From positions 98,159 through 162,158 of the forward strand of contig JAKSUV010000002.1 of the NCBI GenBank assembly GCA_024408655.1: a stretch of 64,000 nucleotides of DNA, read 5' to 3'. The stretch is from Bacilli bacterium (lineage in GTDB: Bacteria > Bacillota_I > Bacilli_A > RFN20 > CAG-826). Numbering within the stretch: the first letter of the stretch is position 1; each line of letters begins with the position of its first letter. Position numbers and translations under genes: made by a program. The notes beneath the pieces are model-generated. The model was not told the DNA's origin, searched no databases, and saw nothing but the letters and a program-made list of their open reading frames with translations. Positions 61,441-64,000 of this stretch are shown piece by piece.

Positions 61441-62330
61441 CGATAAAGCTTAACCGCTTTTTTAAAATATTCGGGGACCGGTGCTTTAAAGGTTATTTCT
61501 TTTTGTGTACGGGGATGGATAAAGGTGATTTGATAGGCGTGTAAAATTTGCCCATCCTTCACGCGGTCACGGTTCAGATGCCCATAGACTAAATCACCAA
61601 TCACTGGGTGATGGATGTGATTAAAATGCACACGAATTTGGTGGGTCCGACCTTGTTTTAGTTTAGCCTCCACTAGGGTCGCCTCATTTAACCGTTCAAC
61701 GACTTTAAAAGTCGTTTCGGCTTCTTTGCCGTTTTTTGGATCAACCGTCATTTTAAGCGGATTAGTTTTATCGCGACCAATCGGTCCAATGATAGTTCCG
61801 CTATTCTCGTTAATCACGCCTTTTACTAACGCTAAATACTCGCGGTGCATCGTGTGGTTTTCGAGTTGTTTTGCTAACGCGCGATGCGCAGCGTTAGTTT
61901 TAGCGACCACTAATAATCCTGATGTATCTTTATCAATTCGGTGAACAATGCCCGGCCGCGAAGCGTCAATACTAGATAGATTTTTCACGTGATATAGTAA
62001 AGCGTTCACTAAGGTGTGTTCGTGATTACCGTTTCCCGGATGCACTACTAACCCCCGCGGCTTATTGATGACTAATAAATCATCGTCTTCATAAATAATC
62101 GCTAACGGAATATTTTCGGGTTTAAGTTCGCTATTTACTTTCGTCTTTAAAACAATGTGATCAGCGAATTTAACTAAATAGTTAGCCTTAACGTTTTGAT
62201 CATTAACTAATAACTGTTTAAGCTTAATTAATTTCTGCACTTGGGAACGGGTTAAAGAAGAATCAAGTAAGGGTAAAACCTGATCAATTCGTTTCCCGAC
62301 GTAGTCACTATTTTGAATCGTGCATTCCAT
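61437..62330 (-). CDS. rluD: RluA-family 23S rRNA pseudouridine synthase (RluD-like)
   Basis: S4 domain plus HRIDKDTSGLLVVAK. Confidence 0.85.
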   Translation of the reverse strand: MECTIQNSDYVGKRIDQVLPLLDSSLTRSQVQKLIKLKQLLVNDQNVKANYLVKFADHIVLKTKVNSELKPENIPLAIIYEDDDLLVINKPRGLVVHPGNGNHEHTLVNALLYHVKNLSSIDASRPGIVHRIDKDTSGLLVVAKTNAAHRALAKQLENHTMHREYLALVKGVINENSGTIIGPIGRDKTNPLKMTVDPKNGKEAETTFKVVERLNEATLVEAKLKQGRTHQIRVHFNHIHHPVIGDLVYGHLNRDRVKDGQILHAYQITFIHPRTQKEITFKAPVPEYFKKAVKLYR

Positions 62331-62955
62331 TTTTCTTTCGGTTTTCTTCCGCCATTTTCTTCTCGTATTCTTCGGGAGTTAAGGTATAAGCACCTTGGCG
62401 ATTCTTGATGCGCACTTCGTGAACCTCATCAATGATGATAAAAATAATTACTAAGAACACCGCGATCGTAATATAAGCGTCCGCTAAGTTAAAGATATAC
62501 GGGAAGAAGGAAAATTGAATCCAGTCAATGACCCCGTTAAAGCCAACCGTGCTCTCCCAATATAGTGAGCCATCGATTAAATTACCAATACAACCCGCGT
62601 AAATCATCGCGAGACAAACTTTATACCGTGTTCTTAGTTTTTGCCCTTTAAGAAAATAAATAATCGGACCAATAAGCGTAATCAATAAACGAACGATGAT
62701 AAAGAAAACGCGTGACCATAATTCACCATTACCAAGGCCAAAAATGGCACCCGTATTAAAAGAGAGTGTTACACAAATAAAGTTTGGTATCAGCCAGATC
62801 TGTTCGCTTGTCGCGTGGCAATTAAAATGATTAGCGACAATCCATTTACTCGCTATATCAATCGCAATTAACGCGAGTAAAACATAAAAAAGTGGATGAC
62901 GAATAAGGCGCAGAAGAAACGCCTTCACATCCGCTTTCTTAAATTTGGTGGTCAT
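62308..62955 (-). CDS. lspA: lipoprotein signal peptidase II
   Basis: NTGAIFGLG and FNLADAYITI motifs. Has a basic C-terminal extension. Confidence 0.85.
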   Translation of the reverse strand: MTTKFKKADVKAFLLRLIRHPLFYVLLALIAIDIASKWIVANHFNCHATSEQIWLIPNFICVTLSFNTGAIFGLGNGELWSRVFFIIVRLLITLIGPIIYFLKGQKLRTRYKVCLAMIYAGCIGNLIDGSLYWESTVGFNGVIDWIQFSFFPYIFNLADAYITIAVFLVIIFIIIDEVHEVRIKNRQGAYTLTPEEYEKKMAEENRKKNGMHDSK

Positions 62956-64000
62956 GTTTTAACACCCCAGCGCACCGCTTGCACACTTTGGTGCCATCTT
63001 TTAAAGTCACTAAATCTTCGTGGTAATTCCAGCACCGTGGGCATTTTTCGCCTTTGGCGCGCGTCGCGCTAATCACTTGTTTATCGCCATAACTAATTTG
63101 GGCTTTAGAAACAATAAAGAGGCGCGCTAATTCAGCGGGTTCAACTTGACTTAACGCTTGATAAATCTCCGGATCAGTAACAGTTAAATTAAGGCTCGCT
63201 TCTTGCGAACTACCAATCACGCCTTGCTTCCGTAAATCTTCTAGTGCACGATAAACATCGTTTAAGAAATTGTTTAACTTACCGACAAGATTTAACAATT
63301 TACCGTCTTTGGTAAACACTTCGGTGTGCTTCGGGAAATCATAAAGGTTTGGATTATTTTTGCTGTGGTAAGGAAGATTATTGTTTACCTCTTCCATTGT
63401 AAACGGAAGAATCGGTGTTAATAAACGCATTAAAGTAAAGGTCATTTCGTAAAGCACCGTCTGCACTTGTCGACGACGGACACTATCTTTCGCCTCACAA
63501 TAAAGAATATCTTTCGCGTAGTTTAAATAGTTTTGGCTTAACACCACGACAAAGAAATAATTCATGAGTGATAAAGCTTGGTTAAAGTTGTAGGAATCAT
63601 ATAAACGAATCACTTCGTTTTTTAAATGTTCAAGCATTGCTAAGTAATATGTATCGTGGGCCGTAAAACTCACCGCGTGATCTTTCTCAGGATTAAAGGG
63701 GTGGTCAAGCGAACCATCCACTAGGTTACCAAGTAAATATTTGAAAGTGTTGCGGATTTTCCGGTACATGTCACTTGTTTGTTTAATGATGGCTTCGCTA
63801 ATGCGGGCGTCTTCTTTAAAGTCGACGGTAGCCGCCCAGAGCCGTAAAATATCCGCCCCGTATTGATTAGCGACTTTACTCGGATCAATGCCATTACCTT
63901 TCGATTTGGACATCTTCTCCCATTTTTCGTCCACTACAAAGCCGTGCGTAACGCAAGTTTTAAACGCAGCTTCGCCGGTAACAATAGTAGAAATAATGAG
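62939..64000 (-). CDS. ileS: isoleucyl-tRNA synthetase (C-terminal ~350 aa; gene continues beyond the 3' edge of the window)
   Basis: KMSKSKGNG motif, anticodon-binding region, C-terminal zinc finger CPRCWNY...CKRC. Frame is open through position 64000. Confidence 0.88.
   Translation of the reverse strand, partial: LIISTIVTGEAAFKTCVTHGFVVDEKWEKMSKSKGNGIDPSKVANQYGADILRLWAATVDFKEDARISEAIIKQTSDMYRKIRNTFKYLLGNLVDGSLDHPFNPEKDHAVSFTAHDTYYLAMLEHLKNEVIRLYDSYNFNQALSLMNYFFVVVLSQNYLNYAKDILYCEAKDSVRRRQVQTVLYEMTFTLMRLLTPILPFTMEEVNNNLPYHSKNNPNLYDFPKHTEVFTKDGKLLNLVGKLNNFLNDVYRALEDLRKQGVIGSSQEASLNLTVTDPEIYQALSQVEPAELARLFIVSKAQISYGDKQVISATRAKGEKCPRCWNYHEDLVTLKDGTKVCKRCAGVLKHDHQI

Overview
This 64 kb window is compact and almost entirely coding. 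It carries 7 + 1 + 1 tRNA genes and no recognisable mobile elements, CRISPR arrays or long repeats. The coding sequence is a low-GC, standard-genetic-code genome (full-length ORFs such as ATP synthase beta, FtsK and PriA are intact without TGA recoding). Gene content points to a wall-less Firmicutes/Mollicutes-like organism of Acholeplasma/Anaeroplasma type: a PPi-dependent phosphofructokinase, a minimal Ser/Thr kinase with no PASTA domain, a GT4 diacylglycerol glycosyltransferase, LspA, rubrerythrin, and a tRNA array in the Mycoplasma-type order Arg-Pro-Ala-Met-Ile-Ser. The proposed lineage is an inference from these markers.

Layout from 5' to 3':
- mnmA (partial), dtd, pdp.
- A three-gene operon: secreted lipoprotein carrying a tyrosine-phosphatase domain, MacB-type ABC ATPase, duplicated-FtsX permease.
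- guaB and rubrerythrin.
- A lipid/glycolipid block: two LPLAT-type acyltransferases and a GT4 diacylglycerol glycosyltransferase flanking an araA-araB-araD operon.
- A cytoplasmic pullulanase, ftsK, rnj and an initiator tRNA.
- A roughly 15 kb surface-glycan locus split by a seven-tRNA array: Wzy/O-antigen-ligase-like membrane protein, glf (UDP-galactopyranose mutase), DUF2804-like protein, His-phosphatase, HGSNAT-like acetyltransferase; then GT2, ABC-2 exporter, membrane-embedded GT2 synthase, amidohydrolase, adenylating enzyme and acyltransferase-3.
- rpe, prkC-like kinase, PP2C, rlmN, an orphan protein, priA, gmk.
- An RqcH-like gene translationally coupled to a choline-kinase-like gene.
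- A long same-strand energy cluster: uvrC, tRNA-Arg, Gfo/Idh/MocA, a membrane protein, PPi-PFK, atpIBEFHAGDC, an ATP-grasp gene and ppa.
- rnhC, rluD, lspA and the 3' part of ileS.

I found nothing that looks like a defence system or a mobile island. The most interesting candidates are:
- PPi-PFK and an uncharacterised ATP-grasp enzyme translationally fused into the F-ATPase operon, with inorganic pyrophosphatase at the end.
- The galactofuranose/synthase-type glycan locus with its amidohydrolase, adenylase and acyltransferase-3 tailoring triad.
- A lipoprotein PTP-like phosphatase with its own MacB exporter.
- Three CAT-anticodon tRNAs with non-canonical conserved positions.
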